Part shown: positions 17,037 through 26,488 of the stretch, one piece after another
How the letters are laid out: each line of letters starts with the position of its first letter
Position numbering within the stretch: the first letter of the stretch is position 1
NCBI GenBank assembly: GCA_036277675.1
Contig: DASUMN010000063.1
Location: 1-35,292, forward strand
DNA length: 35,292 nucleotides
DNA from: Nitrospira sp.
GTDB taxonomy: Bacteria > Nitrospirota > Nitrospiria > Nitrospirales > Nitrospiraceae
Direction: 5' to 3'
Notes under the pieces: generated by a model
Databases searched by the model: none
Told to the model about the DNA's origin: nothing
The model's input: only the letters and a program-made list of their open reading frames with translations
Position numbers and translations under genes: made by a program

Positions 17037-19727
17037 ATGGGTCTGAAACCAGCCACTAATCCGGACGTCGAAGCGACGATGATCGAGCTGACGATCGATG
17101 GTAAGACCGTCACCGCCAAGGATGGCGTCTCCTTGTACGATGTCATCTCGATGACGGGCAAGATCATTCCGGCCATGTGCTACCACTACACGTTTGACCC
17201 GTTCGGTTCTTGCGGGATGTGTTTGGTCATGCAGGAAGGAAAGAAAGCGCCGGTCCGCTCCTGCACGGCCAAAGCGGCGGCCGGGATGATGATCCGCACC
17301 GAAGGCGACGATCTCTTCCTCGCCCGCAAGAAAGCCGTTGAAAAGCATCTCTCGGTGCATCCGCTGGACTGCCCGGTCTGCGACGCGGACGGGCACTGCG
17401 AGCTCCAGGACATGGCATTCGAGCACGGTGTGACCAATCTGGCCAATGCCAAACAGAAGTTTATTCCGGAGGACACCCGGAGCCCGGTACTGGACTTCAA
17501 CATGAATCGCTGTATCGCCTGCGCCGAGTGCATCAATGTCTGCAAAGATGTGCTGATGATCGACGCGCTCCAGTTCATGAAGAAAGGCGGCTTCAATCAG
17601 GTTGTTCCGAAGGGCGATGTCGCGCTCGACTGCGAATTCTGCGGGGATTGCCTGGCGGTCTGCCCGGTCGGCGCCATCACCAACAAATTCTCGAAGTATC
17701 TGTACAAGCCCTGGCAGATGAAGAAAACCACCACCACCTGCAACTACTGTGGGGACGGCTGCCAACTGTACTTGGAAACGAAGGACGAGGAAGTGATCCG
17801 CGTCACCTCACCCCTGTCCTGGAAGAACAAATGGGGAGACCGGTCTGAGACGGCGAAGGGGCACGGCGGCCTGTGTGTGCGTGGACGGTTCGGGTTTGAG
17901 TATCTGGATGGCAAGACCCGACTGCGGCACCCTTTGGTTCGTGAACACAACCAGCTGGTGGAAAAGCCCTGGATTGAAACCATGCAGGCGCTCGTGGACC
18001 GATTCACGGCGATTACGCAACGGCATGGTGCCGATGCCATTGCCGGCTTGATCACCGCGCGCTGCACGAACGAGGAACTGTATCTGTTCCAAAAACTGAT
18101 GCGGACCGTGTTCGGAACCAACCATCTCGACAGCAGCGCCCGTTATGGCCACATGAATTTCGTGCATGCCTCGAAGCATGCGGTCGGCCTGGGACGGACG
18201 CACAACGATTGGGAGGATCTCACCAAGGCCAAGGCCGTTCTCGTGATCGGTTCGAACATCACGGAAACGAATCCGCTGACGGCCATGCGGATCAAAGAAG
18301 CAATCCGTGTCTACAAGGCGCAAGTGGTGACGCTCGACTCCGCTGTGACGAATATGGCCAAACTGGCTTCTCATCCGTTGTTGATCAATCCCGGCACAGA
18401 AGGAGCCGTGATCGACGGGTTGGTGAAGACGGCCATCGACCAGGAGTTGGTCGATGAAGACGCGGTCAAGAAACATCCGCGCGCATTCGGCGCACTCAAA
18501 GCCGCGGTCGGTAGGCTGTCGCTGGAGAAGATCTCGACGCACACCGGCCTGTCCAGCGAGACCTTCAAGGAGATCGTGGCGCTCTTTGCGGAATCGCCTC
18601 GATCGATCATTCTGTGCGCGGAAGGCATCGTCAGGCGGACCAACGGCTACCAGAACGTCTTGAAACTCATCGACCTCGCCTGGATCACCGGAAAACTCGA
18701 CCGCCCCGGTTGTGGTGTCAGCACGGTGACCGAGGAGCCGAATGAACAGGGTGCTGTGGACATGGGGGTCGCACCTGAGTTTTTGCCCGGACAAGCCCGA
18801 TTCGACGACGCAGCCGCGCGCGACCGGTTTGCCAAGGCGTGGGACGCACCGCTCCCGTCGGCCGGGACCGGATCGCACCTCATGGACATTCTCAACCGAT
18901 GCCGGAGCGGGCAGATCAAGGCCCTCTATATCTTGGGAGAAAATCCGCTGGGAACCTTGCCGGCTTCGCTGGAGGTGCGAACTGCGTTGGAGCAGCTTGA
19001 ACTCCTCGTGGTCCAAGATCCTTTTTTGACGCAGACCGGACGGCAGGCCCATTTCGTGCTGCCTGCCTGCACATACGCGGAAAAAGACGGGACGTTTACG
19101 AATCTGGAAGGCCGCGTGCTCAGGGTGCGTCAAGCCATGGACCCCCTTGGGGATAGTTTACCGGACTGGCACATCATGACTGCTCTCGCCAACGCGATGG
19201 GGGGGCACTGGGAGTATCAATCGGTCAACGACATTCAAGCCGAGATCATGAAGCTCTTGCCTGGGTACTACAACCTCGGCCAGCCTCGAAAGATCGTGCC
19301 GGCACCTGACCACTACTTGTCGAATGGCTACGCCGCTGAAGTGGCGGCTCGGTATCGCGTGTCGGAGGGGCACGACCAGACGCGACCGTTTTCATTACAG
19401 ATGGGCCAAGTGCTCATGCATTCGGGCAAAATGTCGACGGAAGCTCCGGGACTGATCAAGATTGCGCCCAATACCGGCAAGCTCCATATGAACATCCGGG
19501 ATATGGAACAGCTGGGCGTGCAAGAGGGAGTGAAAGTGTGTCTCGCCTCCGAACGCGGGTCGTTGCAGCTTGGGGTTCAGCCCGACCAATCGGTCGCGCC
19601 GGGTACCTGTTTCTTCCCCGAACACTTCAACGAACCGCCGGTAAAGGATTTGATGCCGGTGTCGATCGACCCGGTGACGGGTGTCCCGACTTTCAAACAA
19701 TGTTGGGTCAGCATTGAACGGGCGTGA
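17037..19727 (+). CDS. nuoG: NuoG-like Fe-S subunit of the molybdopterin-oxidoreductase fold
   Basis: [2Fe-2S] C..CGMC..C, HPLDCPVCDADGHC, CIACAECINVC, CEFCGDCLAVCP, CNYCGDGC..C; position within the nuo operon. Confidence 0.9.
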   Translation: MGLKPATNPDVEATMIELTIDGKTVTAKDGVSLYDVISMTGKIIPAMCYHYTFDPFGSCGMCLVMQEGKKAPVRSCTAKAAAGMMIRTEGDDLFLARKKAVEKHLSVHPLDCPVCDADGHCELQDMAFEHGVTNLANAKQKFIPEDTRSPVLDFNMNRCIACAECINVCKDVLMIDALQFMKKGGFNQVVPKGDVALDCEFCGDCLAVCPVGAITNKFSKYLYKPWQMKKTTTTCNYCGDGCQLYLETKDEEVIRVTSPLSWKNKWGDRSETAKGHGGLCVRGRFGFEYLDGKTRLRHPLVREHNQLVEKPWIETMQALVDRFTAITQRHGADAIAGLITARCTNEELYLFQKLMRTVFGTNHLDSSARYGHMNFVHASKHAVGLGRTHNDWEDLTKAKAVLVIGSNITETNPLTAMRIKEAIRVYKAQVVTLDSAVTNMAKLASHPLLINPGTEGAVIDGLVKTAIDQELVDEDAVKKHPRAFGALKAAVGRLSLEKISTHTGLSSETFKEIVALFAESPRSIILCAEGIVRRTNGYQNVLKLIDLAWITGKLDRPGCGVSTVTEEPNEQGAVDMGVAPEFLPGQARFDDAAARDRFAKAWDAPLPSAGTGSHLMDILNRCRSGQIKALYILGENPLGTLPASLEVRTALEQLELLVVQDPFLTQTGRQAHFVLPACTYAEKDGTFTNLEGRVLRVRQAMDPLGDSLPDWHIMTALANAMGGHWEYQSVNDIQAEIMKLLPGYYNLGQPRKIVPAPDHYLSNGYAAEVAARYRVSEGHDQTRPFSLQMGQVLMHSGKMSTEAPGLIKIAPNTGKLHMNIRDMEQLGVQEGVKVCLASERGSLQLGVQPDQSVAPGTCFFPEHFNEPPVKDLMPVSIDPVTGVPTFKQCWVSIERA

Positions 19728-19769
19728 GCGGATGTGTATGCTCTTCGGCCTGTCCGTGAGGAGATGGCG

Positions 19770-20357
19770 ATGAATGTGGGCGCGTTGACCAAAAAAGTGC
19801 TTCAGGCCGCGCTGTTCTATGAAATCTGGGATGCGATGAAGGTCACGTTCCAGCACATGTTCCACCGGCCGATCACCTTTCAATATCCGAGGGAACAGCG
19901 GACGATTCCCGATGCGCATCGAGGCGCCCTGGGGCTGCTTCGGTACGACGACGGCCACGAACGGTGTGTGGGGTGCGATCTCTGCGAAGCCGCCTGCCCG
20001 TCACGCTGTATCAAGGTGATCAGCGCGGAGGACCCGACCCGCCCGCTCCAGCGGTATGCCACCGAGTTCTATATCGACATCACGAAATGTGTCTTCTGCG
20101 GCTATTGTGTCGAAGCGTGCCCGGTCAATGCGCTGGCCATGACGAAGATGTACGAATTTTCCACCCACGATAAGCGCACCCTGCTCTTCGATAAGAAGCG
20201 GCTGTACGACATCGGGGAACGCCACCTCGACGATGCGAAAAAATATCTGTATGCCCACAATCAGGAGAAGAATGTCGAGGAGAGTCGTGAGTATCGGTAC
20301 TACTTCCCGCAGTCCGTACTCAAATCCACGCAATCGCCTCCCAAGCATCTGAGCTGA
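19770..20357 (+). CDS. nuoI: NADH-quinone oxidoreductase subunit I
   Basis: CVGCDLCEAACP and CVFCGYCVEACP; GAGGAG RBS. Confidence 0.96.
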   Translation: MNVGALTKKVLQAALFYEIWDAMKVTFQHMFHRPITFQYPREQRTIPDAHRGALGLLRYDDGHERCVGCDLCEAACPSRCIKVISAEDPTRPLQRYATEFYIDITKCVFCGYCVEACPVNALAMTKMYEFSTHDKRTLLFDKKRLYDIGERHLDDAKKYLYAHNQEKNVEESREYRYYFPQSVLKSTQSPPKHLS

Positions 20358-20363
20358 GTCACG

Positions 20364-20894
20364 ATGATGGTTTCGGTATTTTTTGCGTATTTCGCATTGA
20401 TGAGTATTGTCGCCGCGGCATTGACGGTGTCGCTCAGGCATCCCGTCCACTGCGGCCTCGCGCTGCTGGCGTTGCTGCTGCACGTCTCCGGCCTCTTCGT
20501 CCTGCTGAACGCCGAATTTCTGTGGGCCGTCCAGGTCATTGTGTATGCCGGTGCGATCTTGGTGCTGTATCTCTTCGTGCTGATGCTCCTGAATCTCAAG
20601 ACGGACGAGCGGTATTTCCATTCGTCTTATCCGTATTTTATCGGACCAGCGGCGCTGGGATCGCTCTATGTCCTGTATCTGTTGCTCCAATCACCGTTTG
20701 AGGGTGCGAAGGGCGATGCGCCCGCGTCCGCGATCCTCGAAGGCGGGGACACGTATGCGGTGGGCATCAAGATGTTCAGCGATCATATTCTCCAGTTTGA
20801 AATCGTCGGCATCTTTCTGCTGGGCGCCATTATCGGCGCGATCGTGTTGGCCAAGACGCCAAAAACGATGGAAGACGTGGGCAGTAAACGGTAA
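20364..20894 (+). CDS. nuoJ: NADH-quinone oxidoreductase subunit J
   Basis: AEFLWAVQVIVYAGAILVLYLFVLMLL. Confidence 0.95.
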   Translation: MMVSVFFAYFALMSIVAAALTVSLRHPVHCGLALLALLLHVSGLFVLLNAEFLWAVQVIVYAGAILVLYLFVLMLLNLKTDERYFHSSYPYFIGPAALGSLYVLYLLLQSPFEGAKGDAPASAILEGGDTYAVGIKMFSDHILQFEIVGIFLLGAIIGAIVLAKTPKTMEDVGSKR

Positions 20895-20906
20895 GAGGGC
20901 AGGGTG

Positions 20907-21209
20907 ATGGTGCCTCTGAGTGCCTATGTGGCCGTCAGCGCGGTCCTGTTCATGACAGGATTGCTCGGGGTGTTGATCCGGCGCAACTTCATCATCGTGC
21001 TGATGTCCGTGGAAATCATGATGAACGCCGCCAATATCAATCTGGTCGCGTTTTCTCATTATCTGGAATCCATGTCCGGCCAGCTGGTCGCCTTGTTCAA
21101 TATCGCCATTGCCGCCGGGGAAGCCGCCGTGGGATTGGCCATCATCGTGGTCGTGTTCCGTGGAAAGATCTCCACGAACGTGGACGAAATGAACCTGTTG
21201 AAGTGGTAA
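20907..21209 (+). CDS. nuoK: NADH-quinone oxidoreductase subunit K
   Basis: RRN..LMSVEIMMNA, AAGEAAVGLA; 100 aa. Confidence 0.96.
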   Translation: MVPLSAYVAVSAVLFMTGLLGVLIRRNFIIVLMSVEIMMNAANINLVAFSHYLESMSGQLVALFNIAIAAGEAAVGLAIIVVVFRGKISTNVDEMNLLKW

Positions 21210-21210
21210 C

Positions 21211-23187
21211 GTGTCGGACTCAACGGATCTTCTCATCAAGCTGATTCCGCTCCTCCCGCTCCTCGCCGTCATCGCGAATGGGCTTCTCGGGAGCCGCTAC
21301 TCGCATGAAACCGCGCACCGATTGGCCTGGGGATCGGTCGGTCTGTCGTTCCTGTGTACCATCGGGGTCTTTGCCGACATCTTGCAGACCCGAACCGCTC
21401 GTGAGGTCATCGTCTATCAATGGATTTTCGGAGGGGACCTTTCGATCAACCTCGCTTACTTGGTCGATCCCTTGACCTGTGTGTGGCTGCTGGTCATCAC
21501 CGGCGTCGGCTTTTTGATCCACGTCTACTCAGTCGGGTACATGCATGGAGAGGCGGGCTTCACGCGCTTCTTCACCTACATGAACCTGTTTATGGTGTCC
21601 ATGCTGTTGCTCGTCATGGGCAACAACTACGTGGTGCTGTTCATCGGCTGGGAAGGCGTCGGACTCTGTTCCTATCTCTTGATCGGCTATTACTACGATA
21701 AGGTCTCCGCCGCCAAGGCGGCGTCCAAGGCCTTTGTCGTCAACCGAATCGGCGACGCCGGATTCTTGCTGGCCATCTTCCTCATCTTCGTTCAGTTCAA
21801 GACCCTGGATTACACCAAGGTGTTCGCCCAGGTGGGCACCCTCTCGCCAGAAATGGCGACGGCGATTGCCCTGTGTCTTCTGGTCGGAGCCGTCGGCAAA
21901 TCCGCGCAGCTGCCGCTGCACACCTGGCTGCCGGACGCGATGGAAGGCCCCACTCCGGTCAGTGCGCTCATCCATGCCGCCACGATGGTGACGGCAGGTG
22001 TCTATATGATCGTCCGCAACCACGCGATTTTCGATGCGTCGCCCGTTGCCATGGATGTGGTGGCCATTGTCGGCGGCGGCACCGCGCTCTTCGCCGCCAC
22101 GATCGGGCTCGTGCAGACCGACATCAAACGGGTGCTGGCGTATTCGACGGTCAGCCAGTTGGGCTACATGTTTTTAGGCTGCGGCATCGGCGCGTATACC
22201 GCGGCGGTGTTTCACGTCATGACCCATGCCTTTTTCAAGGCACTCCTGTTTCTGTCGGCTGGGTCCGTCATTCATGCGCTGTCCGGCGAGCAGGATATTG
22301 GAAAGATGGGCGGGCTCACCCAGAAGATTCCATGGACGTACCGGCTCTTCCTGATCGGGACGATCGCCATCGCCGGCATTCCGCCACTGGCTGGGTTTTG
22401 GAGCAAAGACGAAATCATGGGCCACGCCTTCGTCACCCATAACTACCCCTATTACATCGTGGCCGCGATCGGCGCGTTCTTGACATCGTTCTATATGTTT
22501 CGTTTGACCTATCTCACATTCTCCGGTCCCTCGAGGATGGACCACCACACGGAAGAGCATGTCCATGAGTCGCCGATGGTGATGATCGGCCCGTTGATGG
22601 TGTTGGGCGGGTTGTCGGTATTGGGCGGGTTGGCCCTGGGGTTTCCACCGGAACACGGCTGGCTGCATCGCTTCTTGGAACCGGTGGTCGGAGCAGCTGG
22701 TACGCATGAAGCAGGCACCGGCTTGATGGTGGCCCTCATGGGAGGGGCGACGGCCATTGCCTTAATGGGTTGGGGGCTTGCGCACTTCCTCTACCATGTG
22801 GATCCGTCGGCGGCCGAAACGTGGGCCGCAAGATTTTCCGGCGTCTATAGGACCTTGCTGAACAAGTACTACGTCGATGAGATCTACGATTTCCTCTTCG
22901 TCGAACCCTTGAAACGGTTGGGAAAACTGCTCGACTGGTTTGACCGCACGATCATCGACGGCATCGTCCGAGGTGTCGGTCGGACGGCCGAGTGGAGCTC
23001 CGCCGCGTCAACCTGGATTGAAAAGCACATTATCTATGCCGGACTGAACATCATCGGCTACAGCAATCATGTGGCGGCACGGGAAGGCCGGAAAGTGCAG
23101 AGCGGAATGGTGCACCATTATGCCGGCCTCATCGTAGCGGGGATTTTTCTGTTGGCACTGGTGGTTCAGTTCATCGTCCAAAGATAG
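21211..23187 (+). CDS. nuoL: NADH-quinone oxidoreductase subunit L (extended lateral helix)
   Basis: GWEGVGLCSYLLIG, GKSAQLPLHTWLPDAMEGPTPVSALIHAATMV, HAFFKALLF. Confidence 0.97.
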   Translation: MSDSTDLLIKLIPLLPLLAVIANGLLGSRYSHETAHRLAWGSVGLSFLCTIGVFADILQTRTAREVIVYQWIFGGDLSINLAYLVDPLTCVWLLVITGVGFLIHVYSVGYMHGEAGFTRFFTYMNLFMVSMLLLVMGNNYVVLFIGWEGVGLCSYLLIGYYYDKVSAAKAASKAFVVNRIGDAGFLLAIFLIFVQFKTLDYTKVFAQVGTLSPEMATAIALCLLVGAVGKSAQLPLHTWLPDAMEGPTPVSALIHAATMVTAGVYMIVRNHAIFDASPVAMDVVAIVGGGTALFAATIGLVQTDIKRVLAYSTVSQLGYMFLGCGIGAYTAAVFHVMTHAFFKALLFLSAGSVIHALSGEQDIGKMGGLTQKIPWTYRLFLIGTIAIAGIPPLAGFWSKDEIMGHAFVTHNYPYYIVAAIGAFLTSFYMFRLTYLTFSGPSRMDHHTEEHVHESPMVMIGPLMVLGGLSVLGGLALGFPPEHGWLHRFLEPVVGAAGTHEAGTGLMVALMGGATAIALMGWGLAHFLYHVDPSAAETWAARFSGVYRTLLNKYYVDEIYDFLFVEPLKRLGKLLDWFDRTIIDGIVRGVGRTAEWSSAASTWIEKHIIYAGLNIIGYSNHVAAREGRKVQSGMVHHYAGLIVAGIFLLALVVQFIVQR

Positions 23188-23214
23188 GGGCGTTCGCCAC
23201 GCACGGCGATCATC

Positions 23215-24774
23215 ATGTTGGAAGAACTCGCATCGGGCTTCCCCATCTTGTCTTGCATCCTGTTTCTGCCCATCCTCGGCGCCGTCGCGCTGTGGCTGTT
23301 TGACGATGCGGAACTGGTGCGGACCTCGACCTTGACGATCACGTTGGTCGAACTGGCGCTGTGTATCTTCGTGCTTCTGCGATTCATTCCGGAATCCGCC
23401 GCGATGCAGTTCACGGAACGGATCCCATGGATTCCGGCGCTGGGCGTCAGCTATCACCTGGGGGTCGACGGGATCAGTGTGTTGTTCGTCGGATTGACCG
23501 CCTTTCTCACTGTGCTGGTCGTGATCTATTCCTGGGATACCATTCGCCAGCAAGTCAAGCTGTACATGATGTGCCTGTTGGCACTGGAAACGACGACGAT
23601 GGGGGTGTTTGTCTCGTTGGATCTGATCTTGTTCTTCGTCTTCTGGGAACTGATGCTCATTCCCAGTTACTTCCTGATCAAGCTTTGGGGAGGGGGCGCC
23701 GAGCGCCAATATGCGGCCCTGAAATTCGTGCTCTACACCCTGTTCGGCAGTGTGTTCATGCTGGTCGGCATCGCACTGCTGAATATCAATTTTCACCACT
23801 GGGCATCCCTCCACCATGCCGAACAGAGTTATTCGTTCGACTTGATCGAGTTGCTCGCGGTCCCGATTCCGCTCGACCAGCAGATCCTTATTTTCTGGCT
23901 GATGTTCATGGGATTTGCTTTCAAGGCCCCGGTGTTTCCGTTCCACACCTGGCTGCCGGACGCGCTGCTGGAAGGCCCTATCGGCATGGCGGTGGTACTG
24001 GCGGGCATCAAGCTTGGGACGTTCGGCTTCTTGCGTTTCAGTATTCCGCTCCTCCCCGATGCATCCAAGAGCGAAACCGTCATGACCGTGGTCGTGATCC
24101 TCGGACTCTGCGCCATCCTCTATGGAGCCTGGATGGCCTTAGTCCAGCAAGACTTCCGGCGTTTGCTCGCCTACAGCAGCATCAGCCACCTGGGTTTTGT
24201 CGTGGTGGGACTGTTCGCGTTGAACTTTCAGGGCCTGCAAGGCAGCCTGTTGACCATGATCAACCTGGGCTTCAGCACCGCCGGTCTCTTTTTTATTGCG
24301 GGGTTTCTCTATTCGCGCCAACAGACGACGCAGTTGTCGGCGTTCGGCGGGATGGCGAAACAGGTCCCCGTGCTCGCCACATTCTTTTTGCTGATCGGCT
24401 TGGCCTCAATCGGGTTGCCCGGGACAAACGGGTTCGTGGGGGAGTTCCTGATCCTCTTGGGCGCGTTCAAGGCCAAGTGGTGGTTTGGCGCAGTGGCGGT
24501 TCTCGGTGTGATCTTCGGCGCAGCCTATTTTCTGTGGTATTACGAGCGTTCCATGCTCGGCCCGCTCGGTAAGGCCGTGAAACAGACGATGCGCGATTTG
24601 CAGCCCCGAGAAACCGTCATCGCGGTCTCGCTGTCGATCATGATTCTCTGGATCGGGCTCTATCCATCCCCCTTCTTGCGCATCATGAACGGATCGGTCC
24701 AAGCGTTGGTCGATCGGCTGAATCATGGCACGGTCGCCGCCCTCGACATGAGACCGATGGAACGAGGACACTAG
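23215..24774 (+). CDS. nuoM: NADH-quinone oxidoreductase subunit M (copy 1)
   Basis: LGVDGIS, FWELMLIP, KAPVFPFHTWLPDA, AYSSISHLG, GLPGTNGFVGEF. Confidence 0.95.
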   Translation: MLEELASGFPILSCILFLPILGAVALWLFDDAELVRTSTLTITLVELALCIFVLLRFIPESAAMQFTERIPWIPALGVSYHLGVDGISVLFVGLTAFLTVLVVIYSWDTIRQQVKLYMMCLLALETTTMGVFVSLDLILFFVFWELMLIPSYFLIKLWGGGAERQYAALKFVLYTLFGSVFMLVGIALLNINFHHWASLHHAEQSYSFDLIELLAVPIPLDQQILIFWLMFMGFAFKAPVFPFHTWLPDALLEGPIGMAVVLAGIKLGTFGFLRFSIPLLPDASKSETVMTVVVILGLCAILYGAWMALVQQDFRRLLAYSSISHLGFVVVGLFALNFQGLQGSLLTMINLGFSTAGLFFIAGFLYSRQQTTQLSAFGGMAKQVPVLATFFLLIGLASIGLPGTNGFVGEFLILLGAFKAKWWFGAVAVLGVIFGAAYFLWYYERSMLGPLGKAVKQTMRDLQPRETVIAVSLSIMILWIGLYPSPFLRIMNGSVQALVDRLNHGTVAALDMRPMERGH

Positions 24775-24778
24775 TCGA

Positions 24779-26488
24779 ATGGGCGAATACGCACTTCTCT
24801 ATATTCTCTTTGCGCCTTTCTTTGGCGCGTTGGCGCTGATTCTCGTGTCGAACCGCCAGCCTTTGCTCGTTCGCGGCATTGCGGTTGGGTCGGCCTTCGT
24901 ATCCCTGATCGCATCGATCTATATCTTTTATGTTTACGACGTAGACGCCGGAGGGTTTCAGTTCGTCCAGAAGTTCGAGTGGTCGCGGGAACTCGGCATC
25001 GCCTTGCACCTCGGCGTCGACGGGATCGCCACTCCGCTCGTGCTGGCTTCGTCCATTTTGCTCTTCACGGGCGTGTTCGTCTCGTGGCACATCAAGGACC
25101 GCGCGAAAGAGTTTTACATCTGGCTCCTGATCTTGGCTGCCGCCACCATCGGCGTCTTCATGTCACTCGATCTGTTCTTCCTGTATTTCTTCTACGAGAT
25201 GTCCGTGATCCCCATGTACCTGCTGTTAGGCATGTGGGGCAGCCACACCAAGCAGTATTTGGAGATGACGGACCCCGACGGGCTGAAACTGAGGGATTCC
25301 GTCGGTTTCATTTTGAATTTCGGATCGAACAGCAAAGAATACGCGGCGATGAAACTGGTCCTGTTCCTGTCGGCGTTTGCCGTCGCCGCACTGATGGGCA
25401 TTCTCTTGATCTACAAGTACGCCGGCCTCAATACCTTCGACATCCTTGTGCTCCGCGAGCAGGCCAAACTGCTGAATATTCCCGTGCTCGGCACGACCTT
25501 GGACAAGATCATTTGGGTCTTGATCTTTTTCGGGTTCGCGTCGATCGCACCCTTGTGGCCGTTGCATTCCTGGTCCCCCGTCGGGCATGCCGCGGCTCCG
25601 GCCGCGACCAGTATGCTCCACGCCGGCGTCCTCATGAAGCTTGGGCATTTCTCGATCATCCGGGTGGCTTTTGAAATTCTTCCCGATACGACCAGAGAGA
25701 TGATGCCGATTGCCGCGGTCCTGTGCATTTTCAGCATCATGTACGGCGGGTTCGTCGCCTTTTACGCCAAAGACACCAAGTACGTGATCGGCTATTCCAG
25801 CTCCAGTCACATGGGCTACGTCTTCCTGGGCATGGCGGCGCTGAACTACATCAGCTTGACCGGCGCGGTCATTTACATGTTCGCCCATGCCATGGCGACG
25901 GGCATGCTCTTCGCGATGGCCGGCTGGGTCTACGACCAAACCCACACGCGCGACCTCCCTTCGCTGGGAGGTCTTTCGAACAAGATGCCGTTCATCTCCG
26001 CCTGCTTCATCGTCGGCTGCATGGCTTCCATCGGAATGCCCGGTACCGTGAACTTCATCGCTGAAATCATGATCATCGTCGGCAGCTGGAACAAGTACCC
26101 CTTCCAAGTCATTGTGGCCGTGCTGGGGATTGTGCTCACCATGGCCTATCTCTTTAAAATGATGCGGAGCATGTTTTATGGCCCGATGAGTCAAAAATAC
26201 AGCCACGCGCACGATGCCGTGGGGGTGGTGGACCGGTTGCCGCTGTTAATAATGATTGTCGTCACGGTGGGATTCGGCGTGTTCCCCATGCATTTGTATG
26301 ATGTCGTCCGTTCGGGGGTGAACCCCCTGATCGCTCGGATCACGCAGGTCGTGCCGGTCGCGTCAGAAGATCGTGAAACGTTGAACGTGAAACGTGACGC
26401 GACGGATCACTCATTGGAGACCGATCACACCGCGGTTTCCAGCCATCTCGCACGTGTGACTCCGCACGCCTCACGGGGGCTCGAATGA
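24779..26488 (+). CDS. nuoM: NADH-quinone oxidoreductase subunit M (copy 2, divergent)
   Basis: LGVDGIA, FYEMSVIPMY, PLHSWSP, LMKLG, YSSSSHMG, GMPGTVNFIAE. Confidence 0.93.
   Translation: MGEYALLYILFAPFFGALALILVSNRQPLLVRGIAVGSAFVSLIASIYIFYVYDVDAGGFQFVQKFEWSRELGIALHLGVDGIATPLVLASSILLFTGVFVSWHIKDRAKEFYIWLLILAAATIGVFMSLDLFFLYFFYEMSVIPMYLLLGMWGSHTKQYLEMTDPDGLKLRDSVGFILNFGSNSKEYAAMKLVLFLSAFAVAALMGILLIYKYAGLNTFDILVLREQAKLLNIPVLGTTLDKIIWVLIFFGFASIAPLWPLHSWSPVGHAAAPAATSMLHAGVLMKLGHFSIIRVAFEILPDTTREMMPIAAVLCIFSIMYGGFVAFYAKDTKYVIGYSSSSHMGYVFLGMAALNYISLTGAVIYMFAHAMATGMLFAMAGWVYDQTHTRDLPSLGGLSNKMPFISACFIVGCMASIGMPGTVNFIAEIMIIVGSWNKYPFQVIVAVLGIVLTMAYLFKMMRSMFYGPMSQKYSHAHDAVGVVDRLPLLIMIVVTVGFGVFPMHLYDVVRSGVNPLIARITQVVPVASEDRETLNVKRDATDHSLETDHTAVSSHLARVTPHASRGLE
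26372..26475. repeat. Inverted heptamer-array element inside the nuoM2 3' end
   Basis: cgtgaaa cgttgaa cgtgaaa cgtgacg ... tcgcacg tgtgact ccgcacg cctcacg. Confidence 0.6.

Noticed and set aside
17037-19727. Calling this gene a formate dehydrogenase alpha subunit
   Set aside because: The Mo-ligating Cys/Sec position is Gly, there is no in-frame TGA, and the gene occupies the nuoG position.
23215-26488. Second nuoM as an assembly duplication or Mrp antiporter operon
   Set aside because: The two copies are highly divergent, no mrpB/C/E/F/G are present, and the NuoL helix extension fits a genuine 2M complex.
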